From: Felis catus
Lineage: Eukaryota
Direction: 5' to 3'
Assembly (NCBI RefSeq): GCF_018350175.1
Contig: NC_058372.1
Span: forward strand, 147,560,001-147,624,000
Length of the DNA stretch: 64,000 bases
Positions 37,658 through 50,899 of the stretch are shown one piece after another. Position numbers and translations under genes: made by a program. The notes beneath the pieces were generated by a model, which saw only the letters and a list, made by a program, of their open reading frames with translations, ran no database searches and was not told where the DNA came from. Within the stretch, counting starts at the first letter, position 1; every line of letters starts with the position of its first letter.

Positions 37658-37959
37658 AGGACATTATGATTCTAAATTACTCCTTTGTTCTCAGTACTCT
37701 TCTCTTTCCATTATGGAATCTCTAACCTGTACCTGTTCTCACCCCCAAGCTGAAAGCAATGAACGATGCAGACACAAAGTCGTCTTGTACTATTTAGTTG
37801 TGTTCACTAATATAGTTAGAAAGATAACAGTGACTAGGTTATCTGGCATGTAAGCAGTCAGTAGGTGGAAAAGTTATTTTGCAGGGTTTTGAGTTTTTTA
37901 ATTTCTCCCTTCAGGTCCCTTGCACATGGCAGGCCACCTGTGCCCAGCAGAATTCAAGA

Positions 37960-38170
37960 ACAATGGCAAAGTAACCGGGTTACCACTTGCTACCTGTATG
38001 ACTTTAGATGAGTTATTTAACTTGCATTTGCTCACCTGTAAGTCAGGATCCTAGTAAGATCTTTCTTATAGGATTATCATAAACATTAATTGAAAATACA
38101 GAAGTGACATATAACGAAAACCTGATAAAAAGGAAGCACTCAATAAATGCCAGCCATTGTTCTTCTTATT
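37960..38170. mobile_element. MIR
   Basis: TGACTTTAGATGAGTTATTTAAC...CTCACCTGTAA...GCACTCAATAAATG. Confidence 0.6.
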
Positions 38171-38209
38171 ACAGAGTAATGGCTTAAAAAAAAAAAAACC
38201 TGCCAGAGT

Positions 38210-38412
38210 GGGGTGCCTGGGTGGTTCAGTAAGTTGGGTGATCCAATTCACCCAGGTCATGATTTCACAGATCGTGATTTTGAGCCCCACATCAGGCTCT
38301 GTGCTGACAGCTTAGAGGCTGGAGCCTGCCTCGGATGCTCTGCCCCTTCCCTGCTCAGGTTCTATCTCTCTGTCTCTCTCTCAAAAATAAACACTAAAAA
38401 AAAATTTTAAAT
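38210..38412 (+). mobile_element. CanSINE
   Basis: TSD AAAAAA(C/T)CTGCCAGAG. Confidence 0.93.
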
Positions 38413-39279
38413 AAAAAATCTGCCAGAGCTATACATACACAGGGTCATGCTAACTGTTCAGGCAGCCTTTTGGGAGATGCCTAAACTTATCCAGTGAGAT
38501 GCTTTTATGTATTTGCAATGAGACATCATTATAGGACTTTGAATTCTTCATTTTGAATAGCTTTGCAAACCTACAGAATTTGTTTTGAACATTCTGGACC
38601 ATGGCAATTCAATAAAAAGCATGATTTCTATTGCATTTTTACTCCGAAAGTGAAAAATGGAGTATACTAAGTGGCAGACAAAATGGGAGGTATATTGATC
38701 GAGTAAGGACCTTTCCCAGCCTGCCCTCATGGCGATTTTAAGTTTGAGCCCAGATTGATATAAAATGGTCTGCTACAATGCCCCCTTTTCTGATAAGAAT
38801 CAAAGGAATAATTACTCGTATTTTATGGTTCACACAGAGCCAATGATTCATTTCCAATGAAGTTTGAAAAGTATGTTGATTCTGAAAATAGAGTCATTTA
38901 GAAGAACAAAAATTATAAGTCTGTTATAATAAATAAAAGAAAACATAGACTCACAGAAACATAGAGTTCATTGCCAGGTGAACTTGGTGATTAGAATGCC
39001 CTGGTTGAGTGTTTTCTGCTTCTGTTTGTACAAGAGGAGAATCCACAACCTCCTATGTATCAGTTTTTGATTCCTCAACCAGGGTAGCTTCAAATCTCCA
39101 TATTAGAACCCTTTTATTATCTGTCTATAAATATTTGTAGTTCACATTCATCGTTGTTTTCCCCTCAGTGGACCAAAGTACCTACTTCATTCTTTTATCC
39201 TCTTAACCAGGGGTTGTGTTCTGTTGGCTTGTATATACAAGGATTTAGCAAGGTGTTTGGCAAAAAGATCGTGAAGAAG

Positions 39280-39296
39280 CAGCAGCAGCAGCAGCA
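39280..39296. repeat. (CAG)5 short repeat
   Basis: Direct. Confidence 0.8.
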
Positions 39297-39299
39297 TAC

Positions 39300-39900
39300 A
39301 GAATATCTGTCCGTAAACAGCTTAGAGGAGTGTAGACCTGGAGGTAAATTGTCAGTTACATATGGTTGTGGTAGTTTAAGGTAAATGTGATGATGGTCTT
39401 GCAAATGGAAAGAGCAGTGAGGAATAAACAAAGAGAATTTATGTGAAAGCAGATAAGGCGGTATACTAGACAAGATTGGGGTTCAATTAGATCATTCAGG
39501 AAAGGAAGGGGGAAATCCCTGGATCACCCCCAGGTTCCGATCTGGGTACCTGGGATGGTCCCATTGTCATATAAGACAGGGAGTGGATCTATAGGGATAA
39601 AGACCAAACTTTGTTCCCTTTACATCTGTAAGTCCAGTAGTAAGCACAACCCTGGCATATAGTTAAGCAAAGTCTTGACCGTGACTAGGACACTTAAATA
39701 AACCATGTGAGTAAGCCTAGACTAGCATGGGAAAATGGATAGAGGAAAAAAGACTTACAGGAAATGATTTCCTAGAAGTCTACTAGAAGCCACATGACTA
39801 AATAAAGACATTGAGATATCTTCTCCTAAGAATGTCATCATAGATCTGTATAAAGGCCAGAAATGGAAGTGATGAGGAAATTCAGCTATCTAGAACTCCG
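39300..39900 (-). mobile_element. L2 fragments
   Basis: GGATCACCCCCAGGTTCCGATCTGGGTACCTGGGATGG antisense L2-like. Confidence 0.45.
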
Positions 39901-40329
39901 ATTAATCAAAAAATAAATCTATATTTTTTCATGCAGGTTTTGAGCTATAATTTACAGAGTAAATTTCACCCTTCCTAGGTGTACAGTCTATGGACATTGG
40001 CAAGCACAAACAATCATGTTACCACCACCAAAATCAAGATACAGAACATTTCCACATCCACAAATATTCCCTTGTGCCCCTTAGCTGTCAATCCCGCTTC
40101 TCACACCACAGTCCCTGGTAAACATGGATGAACTTTCTATTTTTGAAGATTGCATATGTCAGCATGTCTTTTAAATCAAATACATTCTGTGGCCTTTGAG
40201 TCTGGCTTGGTTCATTTATCATCATGTATCTAAGAGCATCATTGGTGTTGCACGACTGGTTGTTCAGTCCTGCTCTTTGTTTGTTTATTTTAATTAAACG
40301 TTTGAAAAGGTTGTACATTTCCAAAGAGT

Positions 40330-41635
40330 TGTATATAATGATATCAGTGTTCTATTACTTTTAGTTGTGTGCAATTCTTACTTCCATTTAACTTCTTTTA
40401 CCTCTCCCACTTATAAATATCATTGTCTTAAGTATCAGATGACATTATAACTCTTGTATTAAGCATCACATACAGTCTTTAAACACTCATGAGGATAAGG
40501 ATAGTCTATTGCATTTACCAGTTTTTCTGCCCTTTCCTACTGGCTTCCACCTGACTCTCCAAGATTTCTTCCTTAACATTTCTTTTCTGTCTAAAGAACT
40601 TATGTTAGCCATTCTTTACAAGTAGGCCTCTCAGTGACAAATAATTTTAGTTTTACTTCATCTGACAATGTCTTTACTTCCCTATTATTCCTGAAGGACA
40701 GTTTCACCTGATATAGAATCCATGGTTGACGTTTCTTTTATCATTTGAAAAATGTGCTACTTCCTTCTGACCTCCAAGGTTTCAGATGAGAAATCTGCTG
40801 TCATTTGAACTGGTGTTCCCTATAGATAATGTGTCTTTTCTCTCTGTTGCTAAGATTTTTTCCTTCATCTTTAGTTTTCAGTAATCACAATGTATCTTTG
40901 CATGGATTTCTCTGAGTTTATCCTATTTTGGATTCATTCAGCTTCTTTGTGGTGTGGGTTTATCTTTCATCACATTTAGGATATATTCAGCCATTATTTT
41001 TTCAAACACCATTTCAGCCCCATTCTCTTTCTCTTCTCCTACGGGACACAGATGACACAAAGGTTGGATCTTTTGTTATTGTCTCATAGGTCCCTCGGCT
41101 CTGCTTATTAATTGTTTTTCAGTCTATTTTCTCTCTGTTTTCAGAGTTCTTCCCAAGATGGATGTTTGTTGTGGCAGGACCCCTCTTGTCAGTTTCCCAA
41201 GATGGGCATTTTTCTCTGGCTGGAAAATCTCAGCTGAGTGGAGATGTTGAGTGCTTCCCCTGTGCACTTCTTGGCAGTGAAGCTTCTGGCTGAAACCTCT
41301 TGCTGATTCTGCTGTGGTCTCCTGGTCTTGTCACCAGACTCCCATTCGAGCCGGTGGATGGCTAGTCATACATTGGACACATTCTGTGCTTACTTGGAGG
41401 TCAAAATCACCAGATCTGAACTATGTTCTTCTTGTTGGATAGGGTGGGGATGCTAAGAAGAATGACCCCTATGTTTTTCCTCCTGTCTTGGTATTTCTAA
41501 CTAATTCACCTTCCTCTTTCTGTTTTTCAGAGTTCTAATTTGATTATCTTTTGTGTTATGTCTCTTGCATGTAGATATACTTACTGGATGGAAAAGGGAA
41601 AGTTGAGTCTACATCAACTTCTCTGGTCAGATGTT
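40330..41635 (-). mobile_element. Nested old L1 ORF1/5' fragment
   Basis: GTTTCAGATGAGAAATCTGCTGTCATT (antisense ORF1 MTADFSSET). Confidence 0.7.
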
Positions 41636-41904
41636 TCCACTCTTTTATTGATTAATTGTGTGCCATTATATGGTTATACTAACTTGATGTTTTGTTTATT
41701 TGTTTTTTGGTTTTGTTTTTTACCATTCACAAGTTGAAGATTATTTGAGTTGTTTCCAGTTTAGGGAGATGATTTTTTAAAGCCCTTAAGATATTCACAT
41801 ACATTTTATCTTGTGGATATTCATTATTCATTGCTCTTTAGTAAATACCTAGGAGTGAGATTATTGGGACAAAAGTGCAAACTTAGCTCAATAAGAAAAA
41901 CGCT

Positions 41905-44900
41905 GAAGAAGGTTCTAGGAAGATGTCAGAATAAGAAGCACCAGAAAGCTGTCTCCCCACCTTGACAATAACTGTACTGGCAGCATCTGTCTGTGGTAAC
42001 TATTTCAGAAATTGCACCTACTTGAAGGCTTTCAGCTTCCAGAGAAGGCTTGGATGGTAAGTCATGGTTAGTTTGAGTCAATTTCAGTTCTTAGTACAGC
42101 ATCAGCTATCACTTACCACTCCTAGGTCCCTGGCAGCCAGCTGTTCATGTGTTCTGGGAGCAATTTACACACACCTCATAGAAGCCAATGGAACAAAAAG
42201 GACCTTGCCCTCCAAATATTGGGGATTTGCGCTCTGTGTTTCTTTTTTTTTTTATTGATTGATTGATTGATGCCTGTGATCACAGAGGTGCAGATGCAGA
42301 GATAGGTAGCCATCATTTCACAATCCCCCATCCTATTGTTGAAAGCCTTACTACATTTGGCTGAAGTGACTTCTAGAGAATTTAAAGGGCTGACACATTT
42401 TTTTTCTCCTCATTTTTCTTTTTTTTCTCTGTTGGGACCTTGACTTTTAAGGACTGGAACATTCAAAAGCAACTGGGAAAAATAGAAAATCACTGTTCAT
42501 GCCCAAAAGGTTGGGGAAAAAAGTGAACAGAGCCTAAGGGTCTGTGGGGTACCATTAAGTGTATCAAAATATGTACTGTGCGAGTCCCCTAAGAAGAAGA
42601 CAGAGACAGAAAGATTATTTGACCAAAGCATCTCAAATTTGATGAAATAAATGAACATAAACATCTAAAGAGCTCAACACACTCCACATTGGGTGTATTT
42701 ATTTATTTATTATTATTTTTTAAATTTTATTTAATGTTTATTTATTTTTGACAGAGAGAGAGACAGAGCATGAGCAGGGGAGGAGCAGAGAAAGAGGGAG
42801 ACACAGAATCCGAAGCAGGCTCTGGGCTCCAAGCTGTCAGCACAGAGCCCGACGCGGGGCTCGAACTCGCAGACCGTGAAATCATGACCTGAGCCGAAGT
42901 CGGACGCTCAACCGACTGAGCCACCCAGACGCCCCACATTGGGTGTATTTAAAGAGACCCACACAAAGACACATTATAATTAGACTGTCAAAAGACAAAG
43001 AGAGTTTTGAAAGCAGCAAGAGAGAAGCAACCCGTCACATACAAGGGATTCTCAGTAAGATTATCAGCAGACATCTCACCAGAAATCTTGGAGGCCAGAA
43101 AGAAATGGGCTGATATTTTCAAAGTGCTTAAAGAAAAATGTCAACTAAAAAGTCTTTATCTGGCAAAACTGATCTTTGAAAGTGAGGAAGGTATGAGGAT
43201 ATTTTCAGATAAACAAAAGCTAAGGAAGTCTTACTACTAGATCTGTCCTGAAGGAAAGTTTAAAGGGAGTTTTATCAGTTGAAATGAAAGGGCACTGAAC
43301 AGTAACTGAAAGTCATATGAAGAAGCAAAGATTTCTGGGTAAGGTAATGACTTGGGCAGTTATGAAAGTCAGCATATTTGTAATATAGTTTTGGTTTATT
43401 ACTCCACTTTTTCCTTTCCAAATGATTTAACAAACTAATGCAAAAAAATATTAATCTGTGCTTTGAGGCACACAATATATAAAGATGTAATTCTGTGACA
43501 TTAATAACTAAAAAAAGGGTGCAGATTTTTCTATGTTATTGAAGTTAAGTTGGAATCAACTCAGAGTGTGATAACTTTGGATGTTAAACACAATTCCCAC
43601 TGCAATTGAAAAGAAAATAGCTGAAGAATATACACAAAAGGAAATTAAAATAGAATTAAAATATTTCACTCTAAAAATGTCAACTAAATACGAGGAAGAC
43701 AATAATGCAGAAAATAAGGGGCAAAAAAATCTATGTGGTATTTAGAAAACAAATAGCAAAATGATGGAAGTGAAGTCTCTGCTTATTAGTAATTTCGTTA
43801 AATGTATGTGAATTAAAGTTTTGAATGAAAAGACTAAGATTTGCTGAATGGGAGTGGGGGTTCAAAATAAAACAAAACATGGTTGAACTGTATACTGTCT
43901 ACAAGAAACTCACATTAGATCCAAAGACAAACACAGGTTGAAAGCGAAGGGATAGAAGATATTTCATGTAAATAGTGACAAAAAGAAACCAGGGCGACTA
44001 TACTAATACCAGACAAAATAGACTTTAAATAAAAAGGGTTATAAGAGACAAAGAGGGTATATTAACAAACGTTTCAATACAGCAAGAAATATAGCAATTT
44101 AGACATTTTTGCACATAATAACAGAACCAAAACACATGGAGAAAAAATTGACAAAATTGAAAGGAGAAATAGTTCTACAACACTAGTTGGAGACTTTAAT
44201 ACCACAATCTCAATGAATAGAACCTAACAAATAGAACAGAAGAAAAGTCAGAAATAGAGAACTTGGACAATGTAATAAATATACTAAATCTAACAGACCT
44301 TTCAAGGACACCATACTCAACGACAACAGAGTAAACATTCTTCTCAAGTGCACATGGGGCATTCTCCAGGACAGATGACGTGTTAGGCCACAAATTGAGT
44401 CTACTATAAAACAAACAAACAAACACATAAACAAAACAGAAAACAGTAAGTGTTGACAAGGATATGAAGAAAACAGAACAGTTGTACACTGGTGGTATGA
44501 ATGAAAAATGGTGCTGTCACCATGGAAAATGGGATGATCCTTCCTCAGAAAACTAAAAATATACTTCGTATGTTATCCACTTCTGAATATGTACCCACAA
44601 TAACTGAAAACAGAATCTCAAAGAGATTTTGGACACCTATGTTTACAGAGGAATTATCCACAATATCTTAAAGGTGGAAACAACCCAAGTTCCATCAAAG
44701 GATGCACAGATAAGGACAATATGCTGTATATACACAACAGGATACCATTCAGACTCAAAGAAGAAAATTTTAATACAACTACAACATTAATGAAACTTGA
44801 GGGTATATAAAATATAAAAATATTTTATAATTTCACTTTTATGAGGTTCATCAATTGGTCACATCATGGAGACAGAAAGTAGAATGGTGGTTTCCAGGGC

Positions 44901-45100
44901 ATATGGGGAGAAAGGCATGGGCAATTATTGCTCAGTGGGTGTAGTTTCTGTACAGCAAGATGAGAAGAGTTCGGAAGATGGATGGCAGTGAAGGCTGCAC
45001 AATATGAATGTACTTACTCCCACTCAACTATAAGTTTAAAAAATGGTTCAGATGGTAAATTTCATGTTTTGTGTTCTTAACCACAATTTTAGAAGTAAAA
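41905..45100 (+). mobile_element. L1MB-class element with 5' UTR, partial ORF1, ORF2 endonuclease and 3' UTR, with large internal deletions
   Basis: ORF1 peptide KAAREKQPVTYKGFSVRLSADISPEILEARKKWADIFKVLKEK; EN motifs YCLQETH (43893), VGDFNT (44186), SAHGAFSRTD (44347); L1MB-type 3' UTR. Confidence 0.88.
42702..42935 (-). mobile_element. CanSINE (young) inside L1 ORF1
   Basis: Perfect TSD ACATTGGGTGTATTTA at 42686-42701 and 42936-42951. Confidence 0.97.
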
Positions 45101-45385
45101 GTAAAGCAAATTAAGGGACTGCCAAACTATTTCTCAAAATTTATATCCCATTATTAATTCTACAAGAAATTGATGAGTCCACGTTGCCTCACTTCATTGC
45201 TAGTATTTGATGTTATAAGAGGTTAAATTTTTGTTTTAACCATTCAAATATTTAGAAATATCTCAGTGTAGCTTTACTTTGCATTTCCATGATGACAAAC
45301 AATTTTGAATGACTTTTCATATCTCACTTTCCATTCATGTCTTTTCTTTGGCTAAGTATGCACGTTCCCACGTTTTGCCAATTTT

Positions 45386-45586
45386 TTCTTTTATTTTTAA
45401 GTTTATTTATTCATTTTGAGAGAGACAGAGAGGACGAGTGGGGGAGGAGCAGAGAGAGAGGGAGAAAGAGAATCCCAAGCAGGTTCCACACTGTCAGCGC
45501 CCGATTCAGGGCTCAGATTTACAAAATGAGAGATCATGACCTGAGCTGTAACCGACACCCAACCAACTGAGCCACCTGGGTGCTCC
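45386..45586 (-). mobile_element. CanSINE
   Basis: Near-TSD CCA(CG/TA)TTTTGCCAATTTTT. Confidence 0.93.
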
Positions 45587-46093
45587 ATATTTTGCCAATT
45601 TTTAAACTTTGTTTTATTAATGAGTTGTAAGAGTCCTTTATGTATTTTAGAGACCAGTCCTTTGTAAAACATATGCTATACATATGTTGTCTCCAAGTCT
45701 GTAGATTATCTTTGAAATTAACAGTGTTTCTCAAGGCACAGAAGTTTTAAATTTTGACGATGTACAATTTATCAATTTTGCTTTGTGACTTGAGTGTTTT
45801 ATGTTGTATCTAATAAATGCCTTTACTTAAATCAGTGTTGCAAAGATTTGATAGTACTTTGGCTGTTTTTAGGGGGGATTCCCTTCAGAAATTCCATGCT
45901 GTCAGTTTTACGTTTAGGTCATGGTCCATTTGGGGGTAATTTTTGTAGCTGGTATCAGGTAGCAGTTATTGTTTTCTAAAGATGCCCAATTGCTTTGGCA
46001 TTATTTCTTGTAAGATTTGACCATTTCCACATAATTGTCAATACAGTTATATCTAAATCTACCACCTTGCAAGTTGTCTTTCCCTTTTCCATT

Positions 46094-46221
46094 NNNNNNN
46101 NNNNNNNNNNNNNNNNNNNNNNNNNNNNNNNNNNNNNNNNNNNNNNNNNNNNNNNNNNNNNNNNNNNNNNNNNNNNNNNNNNNNNNNNNNNNNNNNNNNN
46201 NNNNNNNNNNNNNNNNNNNNN
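46094..46221. other. Assembly gap (128 N)
   Basis: N run abutting a partial SINE. Confidence 0.99.
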
Positions 46222-46326
46222 ACAGAGAGAGAGAGAACGCACGGCTTGAATTCACAAACCGTGAGATCAAGACCTGAGCCAAAGGCAAGAGTTAGACGCT
46301 TAACTAACTGAGCTACCCAGGTGCCT
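46222..46326 (-). mobile_element. Partial CanSINE (tail in gap)
   Basis: GAGATCAAGACCTGAGCC...CTGAGCTACCCAGGTGCC. Confidence 0.85.
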
Positions 46327-46551
46327 CACTTTTTAAAAGTTTCTTTTGGATCACTTGAGTGCTTTTGTGTTTCCGTTGTGTCTCTACAATGGATTTGTTA
46401 GTTCTGCCTCTTTTTCTAATATCTTTGTGTTGCCATAGGGTTTTCAATATATATTTTATTTTACCGTGGTTTGCATTTCTAAAACATTAACCAATGTATA
46501 TAAAACTTAAGAAATTTATAACAGTGTATGTATATGTTCTCATTTATGTTA

Positions 46552-46647
46552 TTTTTTAAGTAGGCTACGTGCCCAGCACGGGGCTCAAACTCACAACCCT
46601 GAGATCAAGAGTTCCATGCTCCAAAGACTGAGCCAGCCAGGCTCCCC
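46552..46647 (-). mobile_element. Short tRNA-Lys(CTT)-derived SINE (head-only CanSINE-like)
   Basis: Reverse complement GCCTGGCTGGCTCAGTC..GAGCATGGAACTCTTGATCTCAGGGTTGTGAGTTTGAGCCCC aligns to tRNA-Lys; short tail; TSD TATG(T/C)TATTTTT. Confidence 0.85.
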
Positions 46648-46717
46648 TATGCTATTTTTGAAATACATTTTGCCCTCTCAAATACCCTGAAAGTTTATCC
46701 TTAATATTTTTGCATAA

Positions 46718-46936
46718 GGGGCACCTGGGGGGCTCAGTCGGTGGAGCGTCCAACTTCAGCTCAGGTCATCATCTCGTGGTTTGTGGGTTCCAGCCCCGCA
46801 TCAGGCTCTGTGCTGACAGCTTAGAGTCTGGAGCCCGCTTCAGGTTCTGTGTCTCCCCCCTCTCTCTGTCCCTCCCCTGCTGGCACTCTGTGTCTCTCTG
46901 TCTCTCAATAATAAATAAACGTAAAAAAAATTAAAA
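46718..46936 (+). mobile_element. CanSINE
   Basis: Head/body/tail; near-TSD ATATTTT.GC.TAA. Confidence 0.95.
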
Positions 46937-48581
46937 TCATATTTTAGCTTAAGACATCTATTTATTACAGTCATTTAAAAATAAGAGAAAAAGTTACATT
47001 TACCTTCATATTTATCATTTCAAGAGTTCTTTATTTGCTTTTGTATACTTCCCTTTCCTGACTGGCATTGTTTTTGTTCTACCAGAAGATCTTTTAGTGA
47101 AAATATACTGGCAGTAGGGCTCCTTGGGTTTAGTGTTTCTGAAAACGTCTTTATTTCATATTCAATTTTGAGAGAAATTTTTGTTCTGCATAGAAGTAGG
47201 GGTGGTGAGCGTTTTTCTTTTTGTTTTACCTCTCTAAGACAATTGGTGTTTTCAGAGACGGTGGAGCCAAAGGGATTTTCCTCCCTGACTCTCCCTGGGG
47301 CAGCTTACCAACAACCATGAACACAGCCCACAACCACAGCATCAAGAATGGAGAATGCTTCCCCACTAGTTTGGAGGGAGAAATCTTCCCAAAACCTCTC
47401 TGAAGAATTCCGAAGAAAGTTTCCAGTACATTGCCCATATTTTCCTATTGTCTACCATACAAAGATCTGGGACATTTCTAATAATCGATGGGACCCAAAC
47501 TGGGTTAATCAAAGCCAGATAATATGACCGATACACGATGAAACTGGTTCCCCTTCCTAGTAAGTCCTGTTTCCCTTGACAGCCATTTAATAACCTGTGC
47601 CCTCTACAAAAATATAGGCAAATGATGGAAGGTAATGAGGCCCGCCATAACATGATCATTCACCTGTTAGGCTTAATGAAGCTTATGCTATATTCCTCCA
47701 AGTTCTGCAGAGTCTAAAGCTTAGCTGATTTATTTAATCAGGACCCTGATACATAATACTGCTATTTTCTCCTGATAACTGCCAGCCACAGATTTAGCTT
47801 GATGAACTTCAGTGCCTCTAAACAATGCATAAAAAGTACAAGGAACTGGTTAAGTGCCCGAAGTGTCCTTTCTAAGGTAGTTCACGGTCATTATTGGGGG
47901 AGGGGCGGGGGGGAGGGGCATCGATAATAGAGAGCAATCGTTACCATCCTCCTTTTTATCTTTCCAGGCTACTGTCTCTGCTATGAGCCCTGCTATACAA
48001 GTTGTACTTACTCTTAATTTAGTGCTCAAAGTCATTTTTTATCCATCTCATTAGACAGCGACTCAAGAAAAGTGGTCTCACTAGCTTTTTTTTTCCCCTT
48101 TATTTTTTTGAGACTTAGATAATCAAGACAATTCCTTGATTCAAACTCGTTGCTTGCAATATGGTTTGTGCAAAAACTTTACACTTGCATTACCACACAG
48201 ATAACCATGAATCAGAGTGAATGAGGGCTCTTTTGCAAACCATCTAGAATGTCTCCTGTCAGTAGGGATCGATTCTTTGTGTCTTGCACAAATGTGAAAA
48301 TATAAGAGTCTAAACAACGTAATTTAGCTCCAAGCTCATCCTTAGCCCCACCAATAGGACTGGCTCTTTGCACATTATTTGTAATCTTGCATTTATACAC
48401 CTCAAACTGAATTAAAATCCACCCTTCGTATCCCCCTGCCTTCTTCCAAAGCTATTAACATCAGTTATATAGTAAATAAATACAGTAAAGTGAAAGAAAA
48501 ACCATTTTTGCTTTCTGCTTTGTCTTCTAGAAGCAACTCTTTTGGTATTAATGCTTCCCAACTCATCCCAATTGTGTGGGG

Positions 48582-48811
48582 TTTTTTTTAATTTTTAAAA
48601 CGTTTATTTATTTATTTTGAGAAAGAGAGAATAAGCAAGGGAGGGGAAGAGAGAGAGACAGAGACAGAGTATCTCAAGCAGACTCCGCACTGCCAGCCCA
48701 GAGCCCCAGTGCAGAGTCTGACGTGGGGCTCGAACTCATGAACTGTGAGATCATGATGGCAGCCAAAACCAAGAGTGGGACGCTTAGCAGACTAAGCCAC
48801 TCAGGCGCCCC
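48582..48811 (-). mobile_element. CanSINE
   Basis: Antisense SINE; near-TSD TCCCAA(T/C)TGT. Confidence 0.93.
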
Positions 48812-49436
48812 TGTCCCAACTGTTAAGGAAAGAACACACTTCATAAATCAAACGTGTTTGGTGCCTTCTTGTTTAGAACCAACAGGGAGGGAGAGGTGTT
48901 GAAATTGAAGGCAGGATATTAACCAGGATAAACTTCATAATTTTAGAGGCTTTGAGATTGAATAGACTATGACTGAAAGATACAGAAATGCTTACTCCTA
49001 ATGCTCTTATATTCACTCGTTATCATGCTTATCTCTGTGGAACAAGTCAAGGAAAGACAAAGGAATGCACTGGCTCACCCAGACTTTCACTGTAATAGGG
49101 TCTCAATATAAATTAGACGCTAATAAATTATTTATAGGTCCCAGGCATCTTTCCTCAACGTTCTTATTCATGACTCCTTATACTATGCTTTAAAGCTTTT
49201 TACATCGAAAAACCACTGTGGTTACGTCTGGACTTCATCTTGAACTCTAGTCCCTTACACACCCCCCCCACCCCCTCCCCCCTCCCCCCCCCCAGATAGT
49301 TCTACTGTCCTTCCCTCCACAGCTGGATTGGAATCAGCATCCATCGGTACAACTACACTTTTACTTATATCTCCAACAACTTTGTCTCACTGTACTATCA
49401 GGATCCACCAGGAAAAACTCATTCCTAGAATTATTG

Positions 49437-49549
49437 TACAGTAACCAAATATTCCCGTTTACCTGGAACTGATTGGTTTCCCAGGACACGGGACTGTCAG
49501 TGTTAAAGCTAGGAAAGTGACGAGCAAATCAAGATGGCTGGCCACCTTG
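49437..49549. mobile_element. MER81-like hAT-Blackjack MITE
   Basis: ~113 bp; TTCCCAGGACACGGGACTGTCAGTGTTAAAGCTAGGAAAGT core; decayed GGTGACC/GGTCACC termini. Confidence 0.75.
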
Positions 49550-50446
49550 GAACCAATTTTCCAGCCACTTGCCTTCTTTTATTCATGACCCATTCTTGGG
49601 AGTTCTCTCTGTTCCTCATTCTCCGTGGCAAATCTGATAGACTTCAATTAATTATGTCCTTCCTGGGGGCTACCCAGCCTCCGTGGGCCTTCTCTTGATG
49701 TACTTTGGGGGCACAAGTATAGCTTTACATTTCTTAACAGTGTAATTAAATTTAAAATTTAGTTAGTTTCTGATTTATTTGCCTCCAGTCAGATACATGT
49801 GCCAGTAACTACATTCTTCGCAACTAGAAATAACTTTTGAGCTTTACTTTTTCTCTTGCTCCCAAGCCTTTCTCTCTCAATTTAATATCAATTACCTTGA
49901 GACCATCTGAAATTAGGCTTTGAGCAGGGAAAGACACCCAGGGATGAATCTCTATGAATAACTTATAAATTCTAAGAAACATTTATTGTCCCGGCCATTT
50001 CTTTTCTGTATTGTCTGCTCTTGTTGGGATCAGAAGGGAGCTGAATTTTCAGACCCTTTAAAGCCCCAATGGTTTTGATTAATTTTGTTTTACTTGTTCT
50101 CTCAAGCAATTTTTGCCTAAGCTCACCTCATTCTTTTGAGATGTTGCTAAAAGCAGAAATTAAGAGTTATACTGTATTTGACTCTTTCCAATCTCTTCCT
50201 CCAGACCACACCACAACAGGCATATGGGCTGCTTTCCAAATTTTTATAAGTGACATTTTATCAAATGTTTTGCCACTGCACACAAAATATAGCCTTTCCT
50301 CATAGTTTTCCTTCTGAACACTAACATGATTCTATTATGGCCATACTTTACGTCAAGGTGCCCCTTTTTTACTCTCCCAGGTAATTTAAGAGTTAAGTAG
50401 ACTGAACGAGGTAATTAAGTTAATAAATTAAGGTAAGTGGGGGGGG

Positions 50447-50605
50447 GAGGTGCGTACTTGGGTGGCTTAGTCAGTTAAGCCTCTGACTTCAGCTCAGGTC
50501 ATGATCTCACCGTCCTGAGTTTGGGCCCTGCATCGGGCTCTGTGTCTCTGAAAAATGAATAAACCTTAAAAAAATTAAAACAAAAAAAAAAAAGGAAAAA
50601 GAAAA
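50447..50605 (+). mobile_element. Internally deleted CanSINE
   Basis: Head to GGGCTCTGTG joined directly to tail. Confidence 0.85.
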
Positions 50606-50899
50606 TTAAGTGGAAAAGGACCTACCATATTGTTGCCTGTAGTCCATGGTCATACTAGGCATGCCATCCACCTAATAACAGAGGAAGAAGTGTGGACGGA
50701 AAGACCACTCTGTGACTTCCTTAGCCTAGACGTGATTCACATCACTTCTGTATAGCCTGCCGCTGAGAACTGAATGTGTCATGAATGCATTGGGGTGGGG
50801 GCAGGGTTTCCCCGATGGGCCACTGCTTCCAAGCTCTACCCCTGGAAGTCAAAGCACAGCCAGCCTCCCAACTGCTTGGCTCAGGAATGTTTCACCTTT

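Larger units (their letters stand above)
39935..47230 (-). mobile_element. Host L1ME/MC antisense element(s) with nested L1 and SINE insertions
   Basis: 3' end at ~39940 (CCACCACCAAAATCAAGATACAGAACATTTCC) resumes at ~41640-41900 and again at ~45115. Confidence 0.7.

Noticed and set aside
39154-39384. PolyQ-containing ORF
   Set aside because: Short (CAG)5 next to L2-derived sequence with no exon context
46552-46647. Functional tRNA-Lys gene
   Set aside because: Mutated D-loop and B-box, SINE-type leader, tail and TSD
47240-47560. Exon-like stretch after TTTTCAG
   Set aside because: The frames I translated hit stops; no recognisable peptide
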